Origin: Deinococcaceae bacterium
GTDB taxonomy: Bacteria; Deinococcota; Deinococci; Deinococcales; Trueperaceae
DNA length: 24,357 bases
NCBI GenBank assembly: GCA_040256005.1
Contig: JBDZWC010000035.1
Location: forward strand, 1 to 24,357
Direction of reading: 5' to 3'
In this document: in pieces, positions 1 to 8,577 of the stretch
Layout: each line of letters starts with the position of its first letter
Position numbering within the stretch: position 1 is the stretch's first letter
Translations under genes and position numbers: made by a program
The notes under the pieces: generated by a model
The model's input: the letters and a program-made list of their open reading frames with translations, nothing else
Database searches by the model: none
Told to the model about the DNA's origin: nothing

Positions 1-1031
1 TGGCCTTCGAGCTGGCGCGGCGTAGCGTGCGAGTCGTGCTGCTGGAGGGCGGCCAGGGGCCGACAGGCGGCTCGACGGTGCCGACCGCGCTCCTGAACCC
101 CCACCGCGGCCGGACGGCCCGCGCGCGCCCATCGGACCTTGCCGGCCTGAGGGCGACATGGCGTCTGGTCGAGGAGCTTCAGGCGCGGGGTCTCGCTCAC
201 GGGGCCCGTCGCTCCGGCGTCGTGCGCGTCGCCTCGAACGCCCGCCAGGCCAAGCTCTGGGGAGGGCTGGCGGCGGTGAACGGGGGCACCCGCTGGCTCG
301 AGCCGGCGGACGTACCGCCCAGCGTCAACGCGCCGTTCGGCGCCCTCCACGTGCTGGACGGCGGCTTCGTGGACACCCGGACGTTCCTCTCGGCGGTCAC
401 GCGCGCCGCCGTGCAGGAGGGGGCCGAGTTCCTCACCTCGACGCGGGTCAGTGGGATAAGGGAGTCGGGCGCAGGGCTCGAACTCGAGGTCGTAGAGGAG
501 CGACCGGAGGACCCGGGTACCGGCCACCCGGGCACCGCCCTCGCTGACCAGGCGCCGACAGACAGGGTCTTCGCCCGGCGCGTCGTGCTCTGCGTGGGCG
601 CCGGCTCGGCTCCGCTGGGCTGCCGCCTCCCCCGCCTGGGAGCCGAGGGCGGCGTCGCGGCCGTGCTCGAGCCACCCGCCCACGCCGCCGAGCTGGCCGG
701 GCTGACCCCGCTGGCCGGCGCGGTGAACGCGGCGTTCCTGCCGGGCAGCGTGGTCGTGACCGGTGGCTCGCTGCCGCCCGAACGCCCCGACCAACGGTCG
801 CTCCACGCCGCGGCGCTGGGTCTCCGGGACGCGCTGAGCTGGTCGGTACCGGCTCTCGCCGACGGGGCGCTGCGGTCGGTCTGGTTCGGGGTCAGGTCGC
901 GGCGGCCGAGCGGCACGCCCGTCGTGAGGCGACTGGGGCCGCGAGTGACCTACTACGGCGGACTGGCCGGCCGCGGCTTCCTGTGCGCCGCCGAACTGTC
1001 GGCTGATCTGGCCCGGCGCCTCACGGCCTAG
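1..1031 (+). CDS. FAD-dependent oxidoreductase, DAO/MnmC-C-terminal-like family (5' truncated by the window edge)
   Basis: Frame is open from base 3 (AFELARRSVRVVLLE, the Rossmann segment after GxGxxG). Also VVLCVGAG, WFGVRSR and the C-terminal GGLAGRGFL motif typical of DAO-family flavoproteins. Confidence 0.75.
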   Translation, partial: AFELARRSVRVVLLEGGQGPTGGSTVPTALLNPHRGRTARARPSDLAGLRATWRLVEELQARGLAHGARRSGVVRVASNARQAKLWGGLAAVNGGTRWLEPADVPPSVNAPFGALHVLDGGFVDTRTFLSAVTRAAVQEGAEFLTSTRVSGIRESGAGLELEVVEERPEDPGTGHPGTALADQAPTDRVFARRVVLCVGAGSAPLGCRLPRLGAEGGVAAVLEPPAHAAELAGLTPLAGAVNAAFLPGSVVVTGGSLPPERPDQRSLHAAALGLRDALSWSVPALADGALRSVWFGVRSRRPSGTPVVRRLGPRVTYYGGLAGRGFLCAAELSADLARRLTA

Positions 1032-1081
1032 TGACCGAGACGCTTCTTGAGCGGGCGACACGCGCCAAAGCAGCGAGGACC

Positions 1082-1480
1082 TCAGCCCGCGACGGGCTCC
1101 TCGATGTGGTACAGGTCGTCGGCCAGGCGGAAGAGCATCTCCTTGGTGAAGAGGCGCTTGCCCTCGGCCAGACCCTGGCCGTCCGGCGCGAGCGTGAGCT
1201 TCCGGTAGACGTGGCTGTCGTACGGATGGAGCACGACCTCCTTGAACACCGACTTGCGCTGGCTCGCGTTGGCCATGAGCACCGGCTTCCCCGTGCTGGG
1301 GTCCGACAGGCTGGCGACCATGATCGTGGTCGGCAGGTCGTACGGCCGGTGCATGCGGTAGATGTAGTCGGTGAAGTCGGCCTCCTTGGTGAAGGGCACA
1401 CCCCTGCTGTCTGCGTACTCGCGCATCCAGTCGAGCAGCTCTGCCCATGCGCGGTAGAAGGCGGCTTGCCGGTCATCCAT
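1082..1480 (-). CDS. nqo15: NADH-quinone oxidoreductase subunit 15 (frataxin-like complex I subunit)
   Basis: AWAELLDWMREYA..F.KEADF.DYIYRM.RPYDLPTTIM.ASLSD closely matches Thermus Nqo15 as I recall it. Start placed at ATG 1480, 7 nt after a TACACT -10 box. Confidence 0.88.
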   Translation of the reverse strand: MDDRQAAFYRAWAELLDWMREYADSRGVPFTKEADFTDYIYRMHRPYDLPTTIMVASLSDPSTGKPVLMANASQRKSVFKEVVLHPYDSHVYRKLTLAPDGQGLAEGKRLFTKEMLFRLADDLYHIEEPVAG

Positions 1481-1549
1481 GAGGCTGAGTGTAGCGCGGG
1501 GCACGGCCGTCGCCGCAGGCCGAAGGGTCGCGAAGGCGACGGGAGGTGC

Positions 1550-2224
1550 TCAGAGCCCGTAGCGGGTCCGAAGGAGGACGTCGAGGGGCTCCATGCCACC
1601 TACCGCCGGCACGCCGTACTCGTGCGCGTCTCGGTCGGATCCTATGAGCACCGCCGGCATCCCGTGGTCGAGCGCGCCCTTCACGTCCCCAACGGGGTCG
1701 TTCCCTACCATCAGCGTCGCGGAGGGTTGCGACTCCAGCCCCGTGCAGGCCAGAGCGAAGACGCGCGACGCCGGCTTGCGGGCCGCCACGTCGCGGTCGC
1801 CCGAGATGATCACGGCCCTGAAGTGACGCTCGAAGCCGAGCGCGCGCAGGGCGGCGCGCTGCATGTCCTCCGGGCCGTTGCTGATCAACGCCAGCTTCAC
1901 GCCCTTGGAATCCAGCCGCTCCAGCAGCTGCGCGGCGCCGGGAGCGCGCCTGACCTCTGAGGCGTACTGCTCGAGGATCTGCTCCACGAGGTCGCTCAGG
2001 CCCGGCGCCTGGCGCTGCTCCAGGCGGTCGAGGGTGCGGACGAGGACGGTCTGCAGGTCCAGCGGGCCCTCGCGACGCAGCTCCTGCTGCACGATGCCGG
2101 CGAACTCGTTCATCGAGCACTGCTCCAGCCCCAGCGCGCTGCGCGCGACGGCCAGCAGCCCGGCGAAGTCGCCGCCGTAGCCCCCCAGCGTGCCGTCCAG
2201 GTCGAAGCAGACCGCGTCTATCAC
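1550..2224 (-). CDS. HAD-superfamily hydrolase (subfamily IA)
   Basis: HAD motifs FDLDGTL, ISNG, RKP and MVGNDPVGDV. Confidence 0.88.
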   Translation of the reverse strand: MIDAVCFDLDGTLGGYGGDFAGLLAVARSALGLEQCSMNEFAGIVQQELRREGPLDLQTVLVRTLDRLEQRQAPGLSDLVEQILEQYASEVRRAPGAAQLLERLDSKGVKLALISNGPEDMQRAALRALGFERHFRAVIISGDRDVAARKPASRVFALACTGLESQPSATLMVGNDPVGDVKGALDHGMPAVLIGSDRDAHEYGVPAVGGMEPLDVLLRTRYGL

Positions 2225-2278
2225 CTTGGAAAGCCTAACCGCTGGGGCAGCAGGGGACCCGCGGTATGCTGGGCGTTC
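2225..2278. promoter_or_regulatory. Back-to-back leaderless-type promoters for the HAD gene and pcrA
   Basis: TAGGCT (minus strand, 2232-2237) is 7 nt from GTG 2224. TATGCT (2265-2270) is 8 nt from GTG 2279. Neither gene has an SD. Confidence 0.6.
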
Positions 2279-4525
2279 GTGTCTGCCGACGAGCTACTGG
2301 CCCCTCTGAACGAAGAACAGCGCGCTGCGGTCGCCCATTTCCAGGGTCCGGCCCTCGTCCTGGCCGGAGCGGGCTCGGGCAAGACGCGCACCGTCGTGCA
2401 CCGCATCGCCTACCTGCTGGCCGTGCACGACGTGCTCCCGCAGCAGGTGTTGGCGGTGACGTTCACGAACAAGGCGGCCGGCGAGCTCAAGGAGAGGGTG
2501 GAGGCGCTCATCGGCACGCCGGGTCGGGACCTGTGGGTCTCCACCTTCCACTCCGCATGCCTGAGGGTGCTGCGCACGTACGGCGAGCGCATCGGCCTCA
2601 AGCCCGGCTTCGGGATCTACGACGACGGCGATCAGCTCGATCTCCTCAAGGAGGTCATAGGAGGTCTCACCGGCCTGGCCGACACCAACCCCAGGACGTT
2701 CCGCGCGCTCATCGACCGCGCCAAGTCGAACCTGTGGACGCCCGCCGGCATGCGCGAGCAGGGCGAGAAGGTCTGGGGGCGCTTCGTCGCCGGCCTCCCC
2801 CTCCAGACGGTCGCCGACGTCTACGCGCGCTACCAGGAACGTCTGGCGGCGGCCAACGCCGTGGACTTCAACGACATCCTGGGACGCACAGTGGACCTCT
2901 TCGACGAGCATCCCGACGTGCTGCAGCGTGTGCAGCAGCGGGCCGTGTTCATCCACGTCGACGAGTACCAGGACACGAACGCCGCCCAGTACCGACTAAC
3001 CCAGCAGCTGGCCGAGACCTACGGCAACCTCATGGTCGTCGGGGACCCAGACCAGAGCATCTACGCCTTCAGGGGCGCGGACCTGCGCAACATCCTCGAC
3101 TTCCGGCGCGACCACCCGGAGGCGAAGGTGTACCGGCTGGAGCTGAACTACCGCTCGGTGGGCAGCGTCCTGTCGGTGGCGAACGCGGTCATCGAGCACA
3201 ACCAGGGCCGCATCGAGAAGGTGCTCAAGCCGGTCAAGGGCGACGGAGAGAAGGTCAAGCTCTACCGAGCCGCCGACCACCGCGCCGAGGCCGACTTCGT
3301 GGCGCGCACGATCGAGAGGCGCAAGGCGGAGCTAGGTCTCCCCTACCAGGCGTTCGCGGTCCTGTACCGCACCAACTCGCAGTCACGCGTGATCGAGGAG
3401 TCGCTACGCCGGGCCGGCATCCCCGCGCGGATCGTGGGCGGCGTGGGCTTCTACGACAGGCGCGAGGTGAAGGACGTCCTCTCGTACGCGCGCGCGGCGA
3501 TCAACCCGGCTGACGACGTGTCCTGGCGGCGGGTGCTGTCGCGCCCCCGGCGCGGCATAGGAGGCACCACGGAGCAGAGGCTCGTCGCCTGGGCCGGCCG
3601 CCACGGGGTGCCCTTCTCCGAGGCCCTGCGTCGGGCGGAGGACGTCGTGGCTGGAACGCCGGCCGTGAAGCGCGCCCAGGAGTTCGTGCAGCTCATGGAC
3701 GACCTCTCGCGCCAGGCGGACGAACTGCCCGCCGCATCCTTCCTCGCCGCGGTCGTAGACCAGACCGGTTACGCCGAGGCGTTGCGGAAGGAGGCGACCC
3801 ACGAGGCCGAAGGGCGGCTGGAGAACCTCGAGGAACTCGTCAGCGCCGTCACGGAGTGGCAGGAGGAGAACCAGGGCAGCATCGCCGACTTCCTCGACGA
3901 AGCGGCCTTGCTGGCCAGCGTGGACGACCGCGCGGTCAAGGCCGCCAACGGCGAGGTCGAGGACGACAGCGTGACGCTCATGACGCTTCACAACGCCAAG
4001 GGGCTCGAGTTCCCCATCGTGTTCCTGATCGGGCTCGAGGAGAACCTCATCCCGCACCGCAACACGACCAGCAGCCTCCAGGAGCTCGAGGAGGAGCGCA
4101 GGCTGCTCTACGTCGGCATCACCAGGGCACAGGAGGAGCTCTACCTGGTTCACGCCGAGTCGCGCCTGACCTTCGGCCGCACCGAGCCCACGAGGCCCAG
4201 CCGCTTCCTGGAGGACGTGCCACGCGCGCTCCTGCTGGAGACCGACGTCTTCGGTCAGGAGTTGGCCAGCGGCCCGTCACCGTCGAAGTTCGCCCGCGAC
4301 GTCTGGCGGCCGCCAGTGGCGGTGCAGCCGTCGCGACGCTCTGCGGGTGCCGAGGACGACCTGGTGACGTTCAGGGGAGGCGAGCGCGTGAAGCATCCCA
4401 AGTTCGGCACCGGCACGGTCGTGGGGCTCTCCGGCGAGGGTGCGCGCACCGAGATCACGGTCGTGTTCGAGGGCGCCGGCGCCAAGCGACTCCTGCTCAA
4501 GTACGCCAGCCTGGCCCGGGCCTAG
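2279..4525 (+). CDS. pcrA: ATP-dependent SF1 DNA helicase PcrA/UvrD
   Basis: AGAGSGKT, VDEYQDTN, VGDPDQSIYAFRGA, LELNYRS, TLHNAKGLEF, EERRLLYVGITRA and the C-terminal Tudor-like VKHPKFGTG. Confidence 0.96.
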   Translation: MSADELLAPLNEEQRAAVAHFQGPALVLAGAGSGKTRTVVHRIAYLLAVHDVLPQQVLAVTFTNKAAGELKERVEALIGTPGRDLWVSTFHSACLRVLRTYGERIGLKPGFGIYDDGDQLDLLKEVIGGLTGLADTNPRTFRALIDRAKSNLWTPAGMREQGEKVWGRFVAGLPLQTVADVYARYQERLAAANAVDFNDILGRTVDLFDEHPDVLQRVQQRAVFIHVDEYQDTNAAQYRLTQQLAETYGNLMVVGDPDQSIYAFRGADLRNILDFRRDHPEAKVYRLELNYRSVGSVLSVANAVIEHNQGRIEKVLKPVKGDGEKVKLYRAADHRAEADFVARTIERRKAELGLPYQAFAVLYRTNSQSRVIEESLRRAGIPARIVGGVGFYDRREVKDVLSYARAAINPADDVSWRRVLSRPRRGIGGTTEQRLVAWAGRHGVPFSEALRRAEDVVAGTPAVKRAQEFVQLMDDLSRQADELPAASFLAAVVDQTGYAEALRKEATHEAEGRLENLEELVSAVTEWQEENQGSIADFLDEAALLASVDDRAVKAANGEVEDDSVTLMTLHNAKGLEFPIVFLIGLEENLIPHRNTTSSLQELEEERRLLYVGITRAQEELYLVHAESRLTFGRTEPTRPSRFLEDVPRALLLETDVFGQELASGPSPSKFARDVWRPPVAVQPSRRSAGAEDDLVTFRGGERVKHPKFGTGTVVGLSGEGARTEITVVFEGAGAKRLLLKYASLARA

Positions 4526-4696
4526 GCGCCGCGGGTTCCTCGTTCTGGCTCGTGCGGGCCGTGCCGTGTGTCGGCCTGTCCGTCCCGTACCCCGCGACAC
4601 GTAGCACTGCCTCGGCGCCCCGGAGTGGACCCAGGAACGCCCCGGCGGAGCCATCGTTACGGGCTCGCGGCCCCCTCGGGAACGGCCCGTCGCCGA

Positions 4697-4787
4697 TGTT
4701 ATAGTTCCGCGAGATCCGATCCCTTGGGAGGCCGAGGGCGGCGCCCCAGCAGTTCCGGGCGCCGGTTCCTGGAGGAGGGACCACAGC
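4697..4787 (+). promoter_or_regulatory. Extended -10 promoter and structured 5' leader of minDE
   Basis: TGtTATAGT at 4697-4705, three inverted repeats at 4721-4782, and SD GGAGGAGG at 4771-4778. Confidence 0.55.
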
Positions 4788-5597
4788 GTGAACGCCAAAG
4801 CCATCCTGGTGACGTCTGGCAAGGGCGGTGTGGGCAAGACGACCACCACGGCCAACGTCGGTGCCGCGTTGGCCCGGCTCGGCGAGAAGGTCTGCGTCGT
4901 GGACACCGACGTCGGCCTGCGCAACCTCGACGTCGTCATGGGGCTCGAGGGGCGCGTGGTCTACGACCTCATCGACGTCTTCGAGGGCCGGTGCAAGCTC
5001 AAGCAGGCCCTGATCCGCGACAAACGGGTCGACAGCCTGTACCTGCTGGCCGCCTCCCAGACCCGAGACAAGAGCGCGCTCTCCGAGTCCCGCATGCAGG
5101 AGACGGTGCGCCTGCTCCTCGAAGAAGAGGGGTTCGACAGAGTGCTCATCGACAGCCCGGCCGGCATCGAGTCCGGCTTCCAGACGGCTGCCAGCGCCGC
5201 CGACGGCGCCGTGGTCGTGGTCAACCCCGAGGTCTCCAGCGTGCGCGACGCCGACCGCATCATCGGCCTGCTCGAGGCGCGCGAGATCTCGGAGGTGCGC
5301 CTGATCATCAACCGTCTGCGCCCCGACATGGTCAAGCGTGGCGACATGCTCGAGGTCGAGGACGTCCTCGAGATCCTCGGCGTCAAGCTCATCGGGATCG
5401 TGCCGGAGGACGAGCGCATCCTGGTGTCAACGAACATCGGTAACCCGGCGTCGCTGGACGACAACACCAAGCTGGGAGCCGGCACCGCCTTCCGCGACAT
5501 CGCCAAGCGGATACGCGGCGACGACGTCCCCTACCCGAGCCTCGAGCCACAAGGCGGGTTCCTGGCCGGACTCAGGCGCCTGTTCGGGGGTGCCTGA
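4788..5597 (+). CDS. minD: Septum site-determining ATPase MinD
   Basis: Deviant Walker A SGKGGVGKTT, DVGLRNLD, IDSPAGIE, SSVRDADRIIGLL and the C-terminal amphipathic GFLAGLRRLFG. Confidence 0.97.
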   Translation: MNAKAILVTSGKGGVGKTTTTANVGAALARLGEKVCVVDTDVGLRNLDVVMGLEGRVVYDLIDVFEGRCKLKQALIRDKRVDSLYLLAASQTRDKSALSESRMQETVRLLLEEEGFDRVLIDSPAGIESGFQTAASAADGAVVVVNPEVSSVRDADRIIGLLEAREISEVRLIINRLRPDMVKRGDMLEVEDVLEILGVKLIGIVPEDERILVSTNIGNPASLDDNTKLGAGTAFRDIAKRIRGDDVPYPSLEPQGGFLAGLRRLFGGA

Positions 5598-5839
5598 TGT
5601 TCGGCATCTTCCGCCGTCGTAAGTCCAAGGACGAGCTCAAGGAGCGCCTCAAGCTGGTCCTGTCCTACGACCGGGCGAAGCTCTCCCCCGGCAACGTGGA
5701 GCAGCTGAAGAAGGAGCTCCTCGGGGTGATCCAGAAGTACTTCCCTGCCGGCGAGAGCGACTACGACGTGCGCGTCGAGCAACAGGGCGAGCGCATGATC
5801 CTGATCGCCAACCTGCCGGTGAAGGGCTCGGCCGGCTAG
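5597..5839 (+). CDS. minE: Cell division topological specificity factor MinE
   Basis: KERLKLVLSYDR and LKKELLGVIQKY; TGATG overlap with minD. Confidence 0.95.
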   Translation: MFGIFRRRKSKDELKERLKLVLSYDRAKLSPGNVEQLKKELLGVIQKYFPAGESDYDVRVEQQGERMILIANLPVKGSAG

Positions 5840-5899
5840 GCGCGCCGCGGTGACGACCTAGGGGCAGGTTCTAACGGGTCTCTGCTACCCTCGCCGAAG

Positions 5900-6595
5900 A
5901 TGAGTTCCCGGCAGTACCTCATCGCCGACCCTGACGCCGGGCAACGTCAGTTGCTTGACCTGCTGCTCGCCGACGGTGAGACCAACATCGCCGCCGTTGA
6001 GAACGCCAGGCAGACCCTGGAGTTCCTGCGCAGCAACACCCCGGCGCTGGTCGTGTTGGCCTACGAGCTACCCGACATGCCGGGCACCGAGGTGTGCGAG
6101 CGCCTCAAGCTGGTGGCGCGCCTGCAGCGGGTACCGGTGATCGTGACGGTAGACCCGCAGGACTCCCTGGGCGTACCGGAGGAGCTGAGGCAGCGGGCCG
6201 AGGAGGCAGGTGTGGACCTCCTGGTGCCCAAGCCACTGGGAGACAAGGCCCTCAGGGACCGCGCGAACCGGCTCATCCAGATGGGCGTGGACGGCCGCAA
6301 CGCCGCCCCATCCACCCGTCCACGTAAGGACACGGGCGTCATCGAGGCCTCCTTGAAGGAGCTCGAGGACCGTCAACGGGGAGCCGGCGTGGAGGTCGAT
6401 GCCAAGGCGAAAGTCAGACCGGCCGACGACGGCGACCTCAAGGAGCTGGAGCGGCTCCGCGAGGAGAACGCGAAGCTCAAACGGCGGGTCGTGAGCCAGC
6501 TCGACGCGATCGAGAAGCTTCAGGCCGAGCTGGACGAGATCAAGCAGAAGGGCGCCAGACGAGGCGGTATCTTCGGCCGCCGGCGCGGAGAGTAG
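5900..6595 (+). CDS. Atypical (aspartate-less) receiver-domain protein with C-terminal coiled coil
   Basis: Receiver fold pattern LIADPD..LVVLAYELPDMPG..VPVIVT..LVPKP, with Ala at the phosphoacceptor position. Heptad-rich LERLREENAKLKRRV..LQAELDEIK at the C-terminus. Confidence 0.8.
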   Translation: MSSRQYLIADPDAGQRQLLDLLLADGETNIAAVENARQTLEFLRSNTPALVVLAYELPDMPGTEVCERLKLVARLQRVPVIVTVDPQDSLGVPEELRQRAEEAGVDLLVPKPLGDKALRDRANRLIQMGVDGRNAAPSTRPRKDTGVIEASLKELEDRQRGAGVEVDAKAKVRPADDGDLKELERLREENAKLKRRVVSQLDAIEKLQAELDEIKQKGARRGGIFGRRRGE

Positions 6596-6644
6596 TCCAG
6601 CGCTCCCGAAGCCCTGAGAACCTACTTACTTCGCGGCGAGTCGG

Positions 6645-7091
6645 TCAAGCGTCGCGCAGGTGGGCCGACGCCCAGCTGCGGATCGCGGTGATCACGCGCT
6701 CGAGGCCGAGCCCCGCCTCGGTGAGCGAGTAACTGCAGCGGCCGCCGGCCTGCCCCGGCTCCTTGTGCAGCACCCCCAGGTCCTCCAGCCTCGCCAGGCG
6801 CTGTGTGAGAGTCGTCGGGTTGCAGCCGCCCACCAGCCTGCCGAGCTCGTTGAACCCCTTGGGCCCGTCCAACAGCGCGTGGACGATGTGCAGCACCCAC
6901 TTCTCCTGCAGTACCTCGATGCCTTCTCCGGCCGCGCACTCCCGCAGGTTCCGGGCGCCGTTGCGGCCGCGCACCCCCAGCGCCGCACCGCCGACCGCCT
7001 TGCCCGGCACGCCTTCGCGTTCCGCTTGGCGGTCGCTCGCGGCCAGCCCAGCAGGGGCGGTCGCGAGGTCGCTTGGCTCTCTCCTGGCCAC
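6645..7091 (-). CDS. HxlR-family winged-helix transcriptional regulator
   Basis: C....IEVLQEKWVLHIV..LLDGPKGFNEL..TLTQRLARLE..YSLTEAG. Start placed at GTG 7091, 7 nt after TAGAGT; the ORF track extends to 7160. Confidence 0.85.
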   Translation of the reverse strand: MARREPSDLATAPAGLAASDRQAEREGVPGKAVGGAALGVRGRNGARNLRECAAGEGIEVLQEKWVLHIVHALLDGPKGFNELGRLVGGCNPTTLTQRLARLEDLGVLHKEPGQAGGRCSYSLTEAGLGLERVITAIRSWASAHLRDA

Positions 7092-7245
7092 CGCGAAGAC
7101 TCTACCACCGGACCGAGGAACGCCGTCTAGCACAGCCGACAGGCCGCCCGAAAGGGTCATGCCTCACTAAGGGACCGGCTGCGGCCGGTGCTAGACTCGC
7201 CTCGTAGAGGCGCGCGCCTCGCAGTGAGCGACCGAAGGGAGCGCC

Positions 7246-7815
7246 ATGAACATCTACCAGTTGATCGGCCGCAACCTCGAAGTGACTGACGCCATGCGCG
7301 CGTACGCCGAGGAGAAGCTCTCGAAGCTCGACAGGTTCTCGAACCAGATCGTCGACGCGAGCGTCGTGATGTCCTACGACAGTCGCCAGGGTGCGGCGAA
7401 CCCTGCCAAGGTCGAGGTCCAGGTGAACCTGCCCAACGGCATCATCCGGGCCGAGGAGAGCGCCCAGGACACCTACGCTGCCGTCGACCTCGTGGTCGAC
7501 AAGCTCGACCGGCAGCTCAAGCGCTTCAAAGGGCGGATGCTGGCCCGGCGCGCCGAGGCCGCCCCACCGCCGCCGGAGGCGGTGCCCGCCCAGGCACCGG
7601 CCGCGCAGGAGGAGGAGCCGGAGTCAGACGGCCCCAGCATCGTGCGGGTCAAGCGCCACGTGATGCGCCCCATGGCCCCGGAGGACGCTGCCCTCCAGAT
7701 GGAGGCGCTCGGGCACACATTCTTCGTCTTCCACAACCTGGACACGGACCTCATCAGCGTGATCTACCGCCGTGAGGACGGCGACTACGGGCTCATAGAG
7801 CCGGCGCAGAGCTGA
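7246..7815 (+). CDS. hpf: Long-form ribosome hibernation promoting factor (HPF/RaiA)
   Basis: GRNLEVTDAMRAYAEEKL, YAAVDLVVDKLDRQL and C-terminal domain PEDAALQMEALGHTFFVF..YRREDGDYGLIE. SD GAAGGGAG; -10 TAGACT near 7192. Confidence 0.95.
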   Translation: MNIYQLIGRNLEVTDAMRAYAEEKLSKLDRFSNQIVDASVVMSYDSRQGAANPAKVEVQVNLPNGIIRAEESAQDTYAAVDLVVDKLDRQLKRFKGRMLARRAEAAPPPPEAVPAQAPAAQEEEPESDGPSIVRVKRHVMRPMAPEDAALQMEALGHTFFVFHNLDTDLISVIYRREDGDYGLIEPAQS

Positions 7816-7850
7816 GGCTAGGGCCAGCTCCAAGGTCGGCCAGCTTCCGC

Positions 7851-8564
7851 TCAGCCGCGGACGGCGCCACGACGCCGCGGCGAGACCAGCAGGTACGCCC
7901 AGGCCAGGCCGAACGCGAAGCCGCCCACGTGGGCCCACCAGGCCACACCGCCTTCCTGCACGGGCGCTCCCAACGAGGCCCCGGCCTGGAAGACCTGCAA
8001 CAGGGCCCAGTACCCGATGAACACCCAAGCGGGCAGCCACCACATGTAGAAGCGCGGCATCGGGAAGAGGAAGGACAGGAGCAGCCAGGGCACGAACAGG
8101 GGCGCCACGAACGTCATCACGCGCTGCCGGGGGAAGATCGCGAAGTAAGCGCCAAGGACCGCGCTGATGGCACCGGACGCCCCGATGAGCGGCACCAGGG
8201 AGGCGCCGGCGAAGAGGCTGTGCACGAGCGTGGCGAAGGCGCCACCCACCAGGTAGAACACCAGGAAAGGCAAGCGCCCCAGCCGGTCCTCGACGTTGTC
8301 GCCGAACACCAGCAGGAAGATCATGTTGGACAGCAGGTGCCCCCAACCACCGTGCAGGAAGAGGCTCGTGAAGAGGCTGGTGAGCTCTGCGGCGGGTGAC
8401 TGGCGGAAGAGGCCGGGCACGAACCCCTGGTCGAAGACGAAGGCGAGCTGCTCTCGACCCGGCAGCGACAGGGTGTAGAGGAAGGCCAGCACGTTCACCG
8501 CGACGATCGCCCAGGTCAGGTACGGTCGCCCGTGGACCGGGTTGGCGTCCCGGAGCGGTATCAA
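7851..8564 (-). CDS. Rhomboid-family intramembrane serine protease
   Basis: FLHGGWGHLLSNM, GASGAIS (catalytic Ser), AWWAHVGGF (catalytic His) and multiple TM segments. Confidence 0.93.
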   Translation of the reverse strand: MIPLRDANPVHGRPYLTWAIVAVNVLAFLYTLSLPGREQLAFVFDQGFVPGLFRQSPAAELTSLFTSLFLHGGWGHLLSNMIFLLVFGDNVEDRLGRLPFLVFYLVGGAFATLVHSLFAGASLVPLIGASGAISAVLGAYFAIFPRQRVMTFVAPLFVPWLLLSFLFPMPRFYMWWLPAWVFIGYWALLQVFQAGASLGAPVQEGGVAWWAHVGGFAFGLAWAYLLVSPRRRGAVRG

Positions 8565-8577
8565 CGGCTAAAGGACC

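Noticed and set aside
1031..1960. 309-aa plus-strand ORF overlapping the oxidoreductase stop
   Set aside because: Antisense to nqo15 and the HAD gene, both of which have clear motifs.
2262..2282. Possible RDRM (DdrO) palindrome upstream of uvrD/pcrA
   Set aside because: Only the left half (TATGCT) fits, and that is explained as the -10 box. There is no palindromic right half.
4526..4787. Possible minC remnant upstream of minD
   Set aside because: No MinC-like translation in the track ORFs, and I recall minC being unlinked from minDE in Deinococcus.
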